Below the pieces are notes generated by a model. It worked only from the letters and a program-made list of their open reading frames with translations. It was not told the origin of the DNA and made no database searches. From an uncultured virus (IMG/VR IMGVR_UViG_3300029922_000018) (Duplodnaviria > Heunggongvirae > Uroviricota > Caudoviricetes), in IMG/VR virus record IMGVR_UViG_3300029922_000018: a stretch of 64,000 bases of DNA; one strand, 5' to 3'. This document shows positions 29,694-39,382 of this stretch, one piece after another. Position 1 is the stretch's first letter. Every line of letters begins with the position of its first letter. Made by a program: the position numbers and the translations under genes.

Positions 29694-30498
29694 AGAGAAA
29701 GGTAATTCCCATGGGGATTTGTTCCTCCTTTCGATACTCACATTCCGAACAACAAAATTCAAACGTGGAATTTAATTCGGGTGATATTTGTTTAATGTGG
29801 CGGCGGAGTTCTAAACTGTCTTTCGAGAGCAATTCGCCATCGACAAATTTTCTAATTCGGGCAGTCGTATTATCACCATCAACTGATGTAATAATATAAT
29901 TTAAACGGGTAGTCATTTCCGTCGATTGTTTGCTTATTTTCTTGAGCGACTCTATTTCTTTATCAATATTATAGATATCCTTACGAGTCAAGAATTTGAA
30001 CGTAATATTTGTCTTTGAATTTGGAAGTTGGAATGAAAAATTATTTTCTCCTTTAGGATATAATGAAAGGTCTAGGTCTTTATTTTTTAAAATAGATAAA
30101 TCTATCTCCACTTGATTTTCTTTACCACACCGCCCACAAGTAACTACGGCGTCATATGTGGTGCCGTAAGCTAATTGTCTTAACGCAAAGATTGCTGCAT
30201 CAAAATCAGTCATCAACAAATCATCAATTTTAATTGTCTTATCGACAATAACTGATTCTAATAATTTATCAAGTAAAGTGCCATTTTTAATCAACGTCTG
30301 ATTGGTCAATAAATTTTCTTCACGGGCAGTCAAATTTTTCATCTCAAGTGTTCCGACGGAAAGGGGGTTGGATGTATCGTATAGAAGTCCTTGTGATGGC
30401 AGTGATATGGTTTCTGTTGGGTATTTTGGCGTCGAATCGGTCTTGGGTTGCTGTTGCATTCCAGCAGATGGGCGAGTGATTGGTATAATATCAGACAT
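29683..30498 (-). CDS. T4 gp26-like baseplate hub / tail assembly chaperone
   Basis: ISLPSQG..Y, LTAREENLL, RQLAYG..Y..CGRCG, IITSVDG. Confidence 0.8.
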   Translation of the reverse strand: MSDIIPITRPSAGMQQQPKTDSTPKYPTETISLPSQGLLYDTSNPLSVGTLEMKNLTAREENLLTNQTLIKNGTLLDKLLESVIVDKTIKIDDLLMTDFDAAIFALRQLAYGTTYDAVVTCGRCGKENQVEIDLSILKNKDLDLSLYPKGENNFSFQLPNSKTNITFKFLTRKDIYNIDKEIESLKKISKQSTEMTTRLNYIITSVDGDNTTARIRKFVDGELLSKDSLELRRHIKQISPELNSTFEFCCSECEYRKEEQIPMGITFLFPN

Positions 30499-30630
30499 AA
30501 TTTATTGTAATCTTGTTAATGTTTCTGAATATACATATACTGAAATTTAAAAATTTATTAATTATATTTGATGTTTAGAGTTTTTTGCTAATAGTTATAT
30601 AATGAAAGGTTACAGGTAAAATACATTATT

Positions 30631-30774
30631 ATGGGAAGAGATAAGAAATATTTAACAAAAGAAGATAAATATCAGGCGGAATTAAAGTGGAAACGAGAAT
30701 GGTATGCTCGAAACAAATCGATATTAAAAGAAAAACGAATGAAGAAATATTATGGCAATAAAATTAACAGTTGA
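30631..30774 (+). CDS. MGR-K micro-ORF (47 aa)
   Basis: MGRDKKYLTKEDKYQAELKWKREWYARNKSILKEKRMKKYYGNKINS*. Confidence 0.75.
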   Translation: MGRDKKYLTKEDKYQAELKWKREWYARNKSILKEKRMKKYYGNKINS

Positions 30775-31694
30775 CGAATTTATTATTAAATCAAAAATCA
30801 TTCATAGCGAAAGATTTGATTATTCCGAATTAAAATTCAAAAACAAAAATCAAACTAAGATGTAATATCTGCGGAAATATATTTTATCAAAATCCATCAA
30901 ATCATCTAAGGGGAAGTGGATGTAAAACATGTGCGAATATAAAACTAAGAGCTGACCGAATTAAACCAGTCGAAACATTTATATCTGAAATAAGTTCTAT
31001 TTATGGTGATTTATACGAATATAAAAAATTAAAATATATTGATACAAATACTCCAGTCACAATAACATGTAAATTACATGGAGATTTCTCAACTATTCCA
31101 GATAATTTATTACATTCCCACGGATGTCCGGTGTGTGGTAGATTAAAATCAGATATAAATAGACGATTAACGGTTGACAAATTTTTGTTGAGGGCTAATA
31201 ATATGCATGGGAATAACTATGATTATTCATATATGAAATACGAGACAACCGAAATTAAAATTAAAATTAAATGTAACACATGTAATAGAATTTTCAACCA
31301 AAGACCAATAAACCATATGCGTGGAGATGGGTGTCCATATTGCTCCTATAACATATCAATCCCCGAAATAGAATTTTTAAATTATTGTAATATACCAAAT
31401 AATAAGGAGCATCGACAAAAGTATATTAAACCATATAAACCAGATGGTTATGACTCATCTACAAACACTATTTGCGAATTTCTTGGTGATTATTGGCATG
31501 GAAATCCGGATAAATTTAAATCAACGTATTTCAACCAACGATGTAAGAAAACTGCGGGAGAATTATATATCGAAACTATAAATAAATTCGATGCCTTAAA
31601 ATCCCTTGGTTACAATATAAAATATATATGGGAAAGCGACTGGAAAAAATTCAAATGTGGAAATGATAAGTTTCCAAATATTATATTATATTAA
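30752..31694 (+). pseudogene. Frameshifted DUF723-repeat homing endonuclease
   Basis: MAIKLTVDEFIIKSKIIHSERFDYS stops at ~30865; homology continues in another frame (KIKLRCNICG...) into track ORF 31131..31694. Confidence 0.75.
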
Positions 31695-32053
31695 TGCATT
31701 TTCAATTGCTGGACTGTTTTTTGCAATTGAGGTATTTGAGAAGTTTGCATCTGCCGTTCATCTTTTTTAGTAAAATCCAATTTCTTTTTAGCAGTATCCA
31801 ATTCCATCTGTTTTTGTTTAAGCTGGTCTTGTTTTTGTTTTTTTTGAATTCTATCAAGTTTCATTTTATCGGCAGTAGACATTGCCCCGACTAGTTGGTT
31901 GTTGGGGTCTGTTATTTGAGCATTGTCGGCTTGGCCACCATTTAATGAAGATGGAGGATTATCTAACACACTAAATTCTTTAATTGATAATGCCTCGTTT
32001 ACCATCTCTCGAACAATGTGCTTAACCAAAATTCTTAATTGTGTCTCATTCAT
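31691..32053 (-). CDS. Hypothetical coiled-coil late protein
   Basis: TATTTATA upstream of ATG at 32053; HIVRE/MVNE/SIKE motifs. Confidence 0.6.
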   Translation of the reverse strand: MNETQLRILVKHIVREMVNEALSIKEFSVLDNPPSSLNGGQADNAQITDPNNQLVGAMSTADKMKLDRIQKKQKQDQLKQKQMELDTAKKKLDFTKKDERQMQTSQIPQLQKTVQQLKMH

Positions 32054-32175
32054 ATCATATAAATATAATATTAATGATGTATTATGCATTTTATAAAAAT
32101 AAATCGAAATAGTTAGAGTATTTTGGCTAGAGTCATATATTTATATAGTGAAAGGTTACAATAAAATAAAGTATT

Positions 32176-32325
32176 ATGGGAAGAAAAAAAGCATATAAAA
32201 CCGAAGAAGAACGAAGAAATGCCGAACTAAAATGGAAGCGAGAATGGTATCATAGAAATGCCGAAAAAACAAATAAATTAAAGATGGAAAAGTATTATGC
32301 CAAGAAAAACTCCAGAAGAACTTAA
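32176..32325 (+). CDS. MGRKK micro-ORF (49 aa)
   Basis: MGRKKAYKTEEERRNAELKWKREWYHRNAEKTNKLKMEKYYAKKNSRRT*. Confidence 0.75.
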   Translation: MGRKKAYKTEEERRNAELKWKREWYHRNAEKTNKLKMEKYYAKKNSRRT

Positions 32326-33430
32326 ATTTGATTTTATTAAAAAAGCTGGAAATATACATAGAGATAAATATGGATATTCTAATATTATATATTCAAATAA
32401 CAAAACGAAAGTAGAGATATATTGTAATATCTGTAAAAAATCGTTCTGGCAAACTCCAAACGACCATATTTCGGGATGTGGCTGTAAAGTATGCGGATAT
32501 GTAACAGCCAAACGAAAAATATCATCTAATAATTCAAAATTTATATCTAAAGCCGAAAAAATCCATGGCGATAGATATGGATATGGACTGGTAGAATATA
32601 CCCAGAATGATGTCAAAGTAAAAATTATATGTAATAGTTGTGGAAAAGTATTCGAACAGACTCCACATTCACATCTCCGTGGTTGTGGATGTCTTGATTG
32701 CTCCGGTATTAAAAAGTCGTCCACCGAGGCATTCTGCATTAAGGCAAATATAGTTCATAACAATATGTTTAAATATGATTTAGTCGACTATGTTAATTGC
32801 GATGTAAAGGTAAAAATCATATGTGATAAAAAGCATATATTTTTACAATCCCCATACAATCATTTACTGGGTCAGGCGTGTCCATACTGTGACGGAAAAT
32901 ACAAAACTACCGAGCAATATATAGAAGAAGTTAATAAAATACATGATAATATATATGATTATTCTCTGTTGATATATTCTGGTTCATCTGAAAAAATTAC
33001 AGTGAAATGCAAAAAATGTAATAATTTATTTTTTCCATCTGCTGGAAATCATCGGCGAGGAACTGGATGTCCTAAATGTTTTGATATTATATCAAAAGAT
33101 GAACTCGAATTCTTGCGGCATTTTAATATTCCAGATACGAGGAATAATAGACAAAAATACATTAAACCATTTAAAGTGGATGGTTACGACGATAAAACCA
33201 ACACAATATATGAGTTTCTTGGAGATTATTGGCACGGCAACCCTTCTAAATATAATTCAAAATATATCAACCAAAGATGTAAGAAAACTGCGAATGAGTT
33301 ATACAATTCTACGTTTGTGCGGCTAAATAAACTAAAGGGTATGGGATATAATCTAAAATATATATGGGAACATGACTGGAAAAATTTCCAATTGGGGGTT
33401 GATAAAGAGCCTAGAATTATTACTATTTAA
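32297..33430 (+). CDS. DUF723-repeat PD-(D/E)XK homing endonuclease
   Basis: Four Zn-binding repeats; VDGYD..TNTIYEFLGDYWHGNP; YIWEHDW. Confidence 0.82.
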   Translation: MPRKTPEELKFDFIKKAGNIHRDKYGYSNIIYSNNKTKVEIYCNICKKSFWQTPNDHISGCGCKVCGYVTAKRKISSNNSKFISKAEKIHGDRYGYGLVEYTQNDVKVKIICNSCGKVFEQTPHSHLRGCGCLDCSGIKKSSTEAFCIKANIVHNNMFKYDLVDYVNCDVKVKIICDKKHIFLQSPYNHLLGQACPYCDGKYKTTEQYIEEVNKIHDNIYDYSLLIYSGSSEKITVKCKKCNNLFFPSAGNHRRGTGCPKCFDIISKDELEFLRHFNIPDTRNNRQKYIKPFKVDGYDDKTNTIYEFLGDYWHGNPSKYNSKYINQRCKKTANELYNSTFVRLNKLKGMGYNLKYIWEHDWKNFQLGVDKEPRIITI

Positions 33431-34908
33431 TCCTGACCAGACGATGAATCGTCGTCGATATCATTATGTGGTTTATCAGCACCAGATAAGTGCTTTCCCC
33501 ACTGTTCATCGTCAGCAGCGTGAGTTATAAATTGATTATCGGTATTAATATCAGATACCTCTTCTCCTTTGATTTTTTCAATGGGTGCCATCTCTTCTTT
33601 TGCGGCGTTTAAATTAGTATTAGCAAATACGAACAATTCATCCGCCTCTTCTGATAGAGTTCCAAGAAAGCAAAATATAGGCTTGCCAGATTTTAAATTT
33701 GTTTTTATAGTTCTCAATGCTGAAATTGAAACTTTAACTTTATTACCCGCTAAATTTGCACCAATGCGATGTAGCACCCGTTCTATATCTCCCTCCGAAG
33801 GGAACATTTTAATGGGAATTGACCGAGTCTGTCCATCAGGAGTTAATAATACGATACCTTGTAATTTTTCTTTTTTCTTAGGAGTTTCTGGTTCGGACGG
33901 TTCATCTTCAATTTCGGGAGGAGTGGTTTCAATATCAACAGACTCTCCACTACCAGTTTGAGGTGCTCCAATAGTATTACTATCTTCCTCGTCTATTTCA
34001 TTCTTGTGTAATTTAGACTCTTCTCTCTCAGAATCCCAATCATAATCGGGGTCATTTCGTTTACTTAATTTCCCTCTGCGGGTGCTACCAGAACCTTTAC
34101 AACTAGAACATTTTAATCCATCAGCCATTCCTTCTCCACTACCATTACAAGTCGGGCAAATATCATTTCCACCCTCGTCTTCGGTTGTTTCTTCTTCAAC
34201 ATTGTCGGCATGGATATCGCCAGATTTAAATCTCTTTGCTAGAGCTTTCTTCTTAGGTGTGCAAGTTGACTTTGACATTGGGGTGCAATCTCCTTTATGT
34301 GCCGGATTAACTGCTTTCTGTATCCATTTATCTTTTCCTTCACTAGTTAGTCCTGCTTCCTCTAAACATTTTTTACATTGGTTAGCACCAAGAATTAACT
34401 CGGTTCCACATTTGCATTTTTTTGCCTTTTTGCCTTCGGTTAATTGTGACAATACTTCTTTGGCACACACACGGATAAGGGACTCTAAAAGTTGTTGTTT
34501 TATTTTCATAGGTTTTGTATTTAAATTTTCAAACTGTGGTTCTACTGGGTCTGCCCCATTAACTTCGTAACTTCCAATCGCTTGGTCGTCTTCGTATGGG
34601 TCACGGAATTTCTTATATCCTTCAATTGGTTGAACAATATAAAAATGATATCCCCCATGTGCAATATCTTCGGCTAATCTATCAATATCAGTCTCATCTT
34701 CTAATTCCTTCACGTCAGTTCCTGTGCCATTCACATAATATGTTATTTCTGCGCCGGAATGCTGGCATTCAACTGCTATCCAATCGAAACTATGTCCGGT
34801 ATTATTATCAAATGAGAAGAATATACTCGTTCCTTCTTTCAATGTATGAATTAGCCTTGCTATAGAATTAGCATCTTGAGACAAAGGAATAAATGTAGAG
34901 TCACTCAT
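33427..34908 (-). CDS. Multidomain late protein with DnaJ-type Zn finger
   Basis: CPTCNGSG..CSSCKGSG; acidic linkers; LLE/LTE motifs; TATTTATA upstream. Confidence 0.6.
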   Translation of the reverse strand: MSDSTFIPLSQDANSIARLIHTLKEGTSIFFSFDNNTGHSFDWIAVECQHSGAEITYYVNGTGTDVKELEDETDIDRLAEDIAHGGYHFYIVQPIEGYKKFRDPYEDDQAIGSYEVNGADPVEPQFENLNTKPMKIKQQLLESLIRVCAKEVLSQLTEGKKAKKCKCGTELILGANQCKKCLEEAGLTSEGKDKWIQKAVNPAHKGDCTPMSKSTCTPKKKALAKRFKSGDIHADNVEEETTEDEGGNDICPTCNGSGEGMADGLKCSSCKGSGSTRRGKLSKRNDPDYDWDSEREESKLHKNEIDEEDSNTIGAPQTGSGESVDIETTPPEIEDEPSEPETPKKKEKLQGIVLLTPDGQTRSIPIKMFPSEGDIERVLHRIGANLAGNKVKVSISALRTIKTNLKSGKPIFCFLGTLSEEADELFVFANTNLNAAKEEMAPIEKIKGEEVSDINTDNQFITHAADDEQWGKHLSGADKPHNDIDDDSSSGQD

Positions 34909-34952
34909 AAATCGTTAAATATAAATATAAACGACATATGATAAACACAAAT

Positions 34953-34979
34953 AAAAAAGCACCAAATTAATGGTGCTTT
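34953..34979 (-). terminator. Terminator after Hsp20 gene
   Basis: AAAGCACCA/TGGTGCTTT hairpin with T run on the minus strand. Confidence 0.75.
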
Positions 34980-34997
34980 ATATGTTATCATATTTTA

Positions 34998-35495
34998 TTA
35001 TTTAATGGGAATTTTTTTAATTTCTTCCTTTTTTGGAGTCGGAATTATTTTTGTCAATGTAACTTCAAGAATTCCGTTGTTAAATTTGGCATCAATAGTG
35101 TCTTTATTATAGTTTTCTCCGATTGAAAAACTTCGGCTAAAAGAAGATTTTTTTAATTCTTTGTGAATATACCGAGAACCAGTGGAATTATCCGTTTTTT
35201 CTTGTTTTTCTCCCCGAATACTCAAAACACCATCTTTAATCTCGACGGAAACTTGATCCTTATTTAAACCCGGAATTTCCGCCTCAATCACAGTTGTAGT
35301 TTCAGTGTCTTTAATATCAACTTTGGGATAGGTATTTTTTCCATAAAAATCAATGCCAAAATCATTAAACAAATCCGGAAATCCAGAATTGAAAAGTTCA
35401 TCAAACATATGACTGAATGGAGTTAGAAATTCATCACGATTGGAAAAAAGTGATGGATTGTTGTTGTAACGTGTTAATTTATTTGCAGTATTCAT
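34998..35495 (-). CDS. Small heat shock protein (Hsp20/alpha-crystallin)
   Basis: PKVDI, EAEIPG, LSIRGEK, SFSRSF, AKFNNGILEVTL. Confidence 0.93.
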   Translation of the reverse strand: MNTANKLTRYNNNPSLFSNRDEFLTPFSHMFDELFNSGFPDLFNDFGIDFYGKNTYPKVDIKDTETTTVIEAEIPGLNKDQVSVEIKDGVLSIRGEKQEKTDNSTGSRYIHKELKKSSFSRSFSIGENYNKDTIDAKFNNGILEVTLTKIIPTPKKEEIKKIPIK

Positions 35496-35610
35496 AATAA
35501 TATTTTTTATCTATTAGTTTATTTTGTTTATGCCATCCTACACAAGTAGCAATGACAATAATACATATATCACAAACTGAAAATATAGTCAAGAAAAATT
35601 ATTAAATTTT

Positions 35611-37566
35611 TTAACTTTTATTCCATTCAAATTTCATATTTCCACAATCCCAAATCCTATCATACCCGTTTAATTGCATATTTTCCCATTCAGTTAATGA
35701 GGGGTCAAATATAGGAAGTTTTTTGGGTAATTGGTCTTTTCTGAAATTAAATCGATGCCAGCGTCTATCCTCACCAACTTTAAAATACCAATAGTTTGGG
35801 ACGGAATTATGGATAAATGTAAATCCTATTTTCTCATATAAGTTACCAATACTCCAACGTCTGTCGGCATATGTGATGATTTTTGTTGGGTTATAATTAG
35901 TTATAAAATATGATAATAATTTTCCAGATATTCCGACCACTCTTTTAGATGTTGAAAATCTTAATAATTCATATTCTCCAACCCCACTTGTTTTTTTACC
36001 CATTGCCACTCGTCTATTTCCAAACGTCATTGCGGCAACTAGTTCATTATTATAAAATGCTCCAATCTTAATAGAAGAAGGACTATTTCCCTGTATATGA
36101 GTAGTGTCTAATAATTCTTTACAATCATCTATAACTTTAATTTCACATTTTCGAGCATATATACTTTTCTCACTGGTATTTTCTGATAAAATATGTTTCA
36201 ACTTATTCTTAACTATTTCTTTCTTATATCTCCACTCATCTTCAAATATATGAATAAGACGTATCCCTTTCTGGGTGCATAATTCTAATTTATTTAAATG
36301 ATATTTTCGGTCTTTCCCACCCTTATGTTCACTGTGCCAAAATAAACCATTATATTCAATAGCAATATTTTTTGATGGAATATAAATATCAAGTTCAAGT
36401 CCTCCAATTATACTCCGACTATTCTCTATAACTTTATCGTCTCCTACTAGTGATTTAACATAGTCACTAATATCTCGTTCATCCAAACTAAATCCGGCAA
36501 TAAAAGGATTACAAATTAAACATCTCGGAAAATGACCACCATCAATATGGTCTAGAAATTCTATATTACATTTTTTACATTTAAATTTGTATTTATTATC
36601 TCGGTATGTATTAATATATTCATCTAAAGTAAATAACGGCGTTATATCATTTCCACATTTTTCATTTAATCTGTTTATAATGGATGAATAAATAGTTTTC
36701 CTAAATGTCTTTAGCATTTTAGCCTTCAATTCTACTCCATTAACCGGTATTTTAGCTCCATATTTTATCATATTTCTTTCATATATTTTATCCATAGTTT
36801 CTTTATGCTGGAAGACATTATCAACCCCATAATGTTTATTAAAAGTAGATTTTATTAGTTCTCGTATCTCGGATGATTGTGAAGGATTCTCTGCGCCATA
36901 TCGTTCCAAATTGGTTAATTTAATTTTTTCCTTGATAATGGGAGATTGGAAAGTCCATTCAACTCCATAAGTTTTTAAATTCATACTTTTTATTCTGTTT
37001 TTTATAATTTCTGATTTTGATGGATTGTCGACTCCATATCTTTCCAAGCACGTTACTCGTGCTTTGTCCGGATTAACATAAGTTGCCGCTCCATATCTCT
37101 CCAATTTTGTTGCTTTAATCTTTTCAATCCTATTTGGTATTTTAGAAACATATATACCCGAACATTTTCCTGAACAACATTTTTGTTCTCTATATTTTAA
37201 TGCCTCAAACTCTTTTCCACAGACAACACAATCAATTTTCTCGTAATAATCATAATGCTTTCTGGCATTTGTCTCTCTGAGAGTTACACTTCTAATACTA
37301 GCACTTGATTGATTGGCACATTTAGCCGAACAATATTCTCTATATCCATTGTCAATATCCATGAATTTAGTAATCGAACTACATTCTTTACACCTACCTA
37401 CTATTCTATCGGAATTTAGCCATCGATATACCTTTTCTGAGAAACGACCATCCTCATAAAATTTATTAATCACATCATATGTTTCTTTATGACGTGCTCT
37501 TAATATTTGAGGATAAGAACTTTTTGAGTTCTTTATGATTTCGATTACTTGTTCTTTATTTAACAT
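35611..37566 (-). CDS. Hef-like homing endonuclease with YGVxN repeats and C-terminal GNAT/Mom-like domain
   Basis: ERYGVDNPSKS repeats; ELDIYIP..IAIEYNGLFWHS; IFEDEW; YELLRF, TYADRRW, RIWDCG. Confidence 0.78.
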   Translation of the reverse strand: MLNKEQVIEIIKNSKSSYPQILRARHKETYDVINKFYEDGRFSEKVYRWLNSDRIVGRCKECSSITKFMDIDNGYREYCSAKCANQSSASIRSVTLRETNARKHYDYYEKIDCVVCGKEFEALKYREQKCCSGKCSGIYVSKIPNRIEKIKATKLERYGAATYVNPDKARVTCLERYGVDNPSKSEIIKNRIKSMNLKTYGVEWTFQSPIIKEKIKLTNLERYGAENPSQSSEIRELIKSTFNKHYGVDNVFQHKETMDKIYERNMIKYGAKIPVNGVELKAKMLKTFRKTIYSSIINRLNEKCGNDITPLFTLDEYINTYRDNKYKFKCKKCNIEFLDHIDGGHFPRCLICNPFIAGFSLDERDISDYVKSLVGDDKVIENSRSIIGGLELDIYIPSKNIAIEYNGLFWHSEHKGGKDRKYHLNKLELCTQKGIRLIHIFEDEWRYKKEIVKNKLKHILSENTSEKSIYARKCEIKVIDDCKELLDTTHIQGNSPSSIKIGAFYNNELVAAMTFGNRRVAMGKKTSGVGEYELLRFSTSKRVVGISGKLLSYFITNYNPTKIITYADRRWSIGNLYEKIGFTFIHNSVPNYWYFKVGEDRRWHRFNFRKDQLPKKLPIFDPSLTEWENMQLNGYDRIWDCGNMKFEWNKS

Positions 37567-38726
37567 AATTTCAGTTTTAAATTTAAAGTCCCACAATCCC
37601 ATACATTCGTAGGTAATAATTTTGGCATATCTTCCGATATAAGTTCATAATTGGGAGGGATATAACATTTATTATATATTCGTCTATTTAATATTAAAGT
37701 ATTATTTAATGATACATAATACTCATTATAATTAATTGGAAGTTTACCACGTAACCACTCAGATGTCAATAATTTAAATTCTGGACTATTCCACTCATCT
37801 TCAAATATATGAATAAGTTTAATTCCTCGCTTTTCACACGCCTTTGTTTTATTTAGATGATATGTCTTGCTCTTTCTTTTATTTGAATGCCAATATAACC
37901 CATTACATTCAATCGCAATATTTAAGGCGTGAATATAGATGTCGAGTTCTTTATACGGTATGATATTTATTATATTTCGTTTTATTTGGCTACTATCTAA
38001 TTTGAGAGTTGACATTACAAATTCATAGACAGATTGCTCAAATTTTGAAGTTGGATTACAAATCCTACATGTAGGAATAGTTCCCCACTGTAAATGATGG
38101 GTGAATTGAGAATTGCATTTATTACATCTAAATTTTAGAGTTTCATCTTTAATATTAGTAAATGAATCAACATTAAACATCGGAGTTAATTTTCCATCGA
38201 ACCGGTCTCCGGACATACAATCGTCGATAAATGCCTTTCGTTTTCCTATATTTAAATTTTTTAATATAACATCTTTATCAGAATTAAAATATTCCTTCCA
38301 TTTCCGGCAGCGATTTCCAATTGCTGCGGGAGTTAGCACTCCAGACGGAACACCGAAATTTTTCAAGGTGGTATTCTTCTTTTTATCTTTTATAATTTCT
38401 AATTGACTTATATTGTCAACTCCATATTTTTCTCTATACGTTTTAATTATTCTATCCCTAATAAGATTGCTTTTATTTAAGCAATTTAACGAACAAAATT
38501 CACGATATCCCATGTTAATGTCAACGAAATTAGTTGGTTTATGACATTCTAAACAACTTCCGGATTTATTATATAAATATTTATATAGTTTTTCTGAAAA
38601 TTTATTACCGCTCAATTTTAAGACTTCATTATAAATTTCGAGGTGGTTGTATTTTAAAATCTTCCAATAATTGCTTTTATTGTTTTTTATAATTTCTAAT
38701 ATTTGTTCTGTATTTTTAACATTCAC
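37560..38726 (-). CDS. Hef-like homing endonuclease, shorter paralog (GTG start)
   Basis: KYGVDNISQ; ELDIYI..IAIECNGLYWHS; IFEDEW; VWDCG. Confidence 0.75.
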   Translation of the reverse strand: MNVKNTEQILEIIKNNKSNYWKILKYNHLEIYNEVLKLSGNKFSEKLYKYLYNKSGSCLECHKPTNFVDINMGYREFCSLNCLNKSNLIRDRIIKTYREKYGVDNISQLEIIKDKKKNTTLKNFGVPSGVLTPAAIGNRCRKWKEYFNSDKDVILKNLNIGKRKAFIDDCMSGDRFDGKLTPMFNVDSFTNIKDETLKFRCNKCNSQFTHHLQWGTIPTCRICNPTSKFEQSVYEFVMSTLKLDSSQIKRNIINIIPYKELDIYIHALNIAIECNGLYWHSNKRKSKTYHLNKTKACEKRGIKLIHIFEDEWNSPEFKLLTSEWLRGKLPINYNEYYVSLNNTLILNRRIYNKCYIPPNYELISEDMPKLLPTNVWDCGTLNLKLKLC

Positions 38727-38771
38727 ATATATAAGTATATATCAACGGAGTAAAATGTCAATTAATTATAT

Positions 38772-38798
38772 AAAAAATCCCACAATTAAGTGGGATTT
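38772..38798 (-). terminator. Terminator after tail tube gene
   Basis: AAATCCCAC/GTGGGATTT hairpin plus T run. Confidence 0.8.
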
Positions 38799-38829
38799 AA
38801 TAAGTGAGTGGTTTATACTGACGTATGAA

Positions 38830-39321
38830 TTAATACTGTAAAATTGCATAATCATACGACAAATTTAAATTAATAGTAAGAGGTTCGCCGCTGTCAGTCC
38901 ATTCAAGCGTTCCGCCATCAAATGAAGTTGGGAAAGCACCTTTAAGTGTCCATTCTTCTACCTTGTCTCCAACAGGGCCTAATACGTTAATAGTAATATC
39001 TTTTTTGTAGAAATCTGCATATCCATCTCTTCCAGTGACCGATTCGTGAGCCAACCTGAACCATTCAAATGCAGCTTGTGCAGCAGAAGGAACAATTGGG
39101 TCATAAAGTTCAATGGAAATTTCTTCCCATGTGGTTTTGCCCTTATAGAACCATTGGAGATTGATATAATCAATCGTCTTACGGTCTTGTTTCCATTTCG
39201 GTCTATCACATTTCTTAATCACATATGATGGTATTCCATCAATATACATGATAAAACGATTTTTTGTTTTTGTTTCGAATTGGCTACTGAATATTTCCTG
39301 GTTAGTTAATAAATCTGGCAT
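38830..39321 (-). CDS. Tail tube protein (T4 gp19-like)
   Basis: NRFIMYIDG, KGKTTWEEISIELYDP, EEWTLKGAFP, LSYDYA. Confidence 0.9.
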   Translation of the reverse strand: MPDLLTNQEIFSSQFETKTKNRFIMYIDGIPSYVIKKCDRPKWKQDRKTIDYINLQWFYKGKTTWEEISIELYDPIVPSAAQAAFEWFRLAHESVTGRDGYADFYKKDITINVLGPVGDKVEEWTLKGAFPTSFDGGTLEWTDSGEPLTINLNLSYDYAILQY

Positions 39322-39382
39322 AATTTTATATATTGATTGTTCGGTCTTATATATAAATATATTGATAAATAGAATTTGTATA

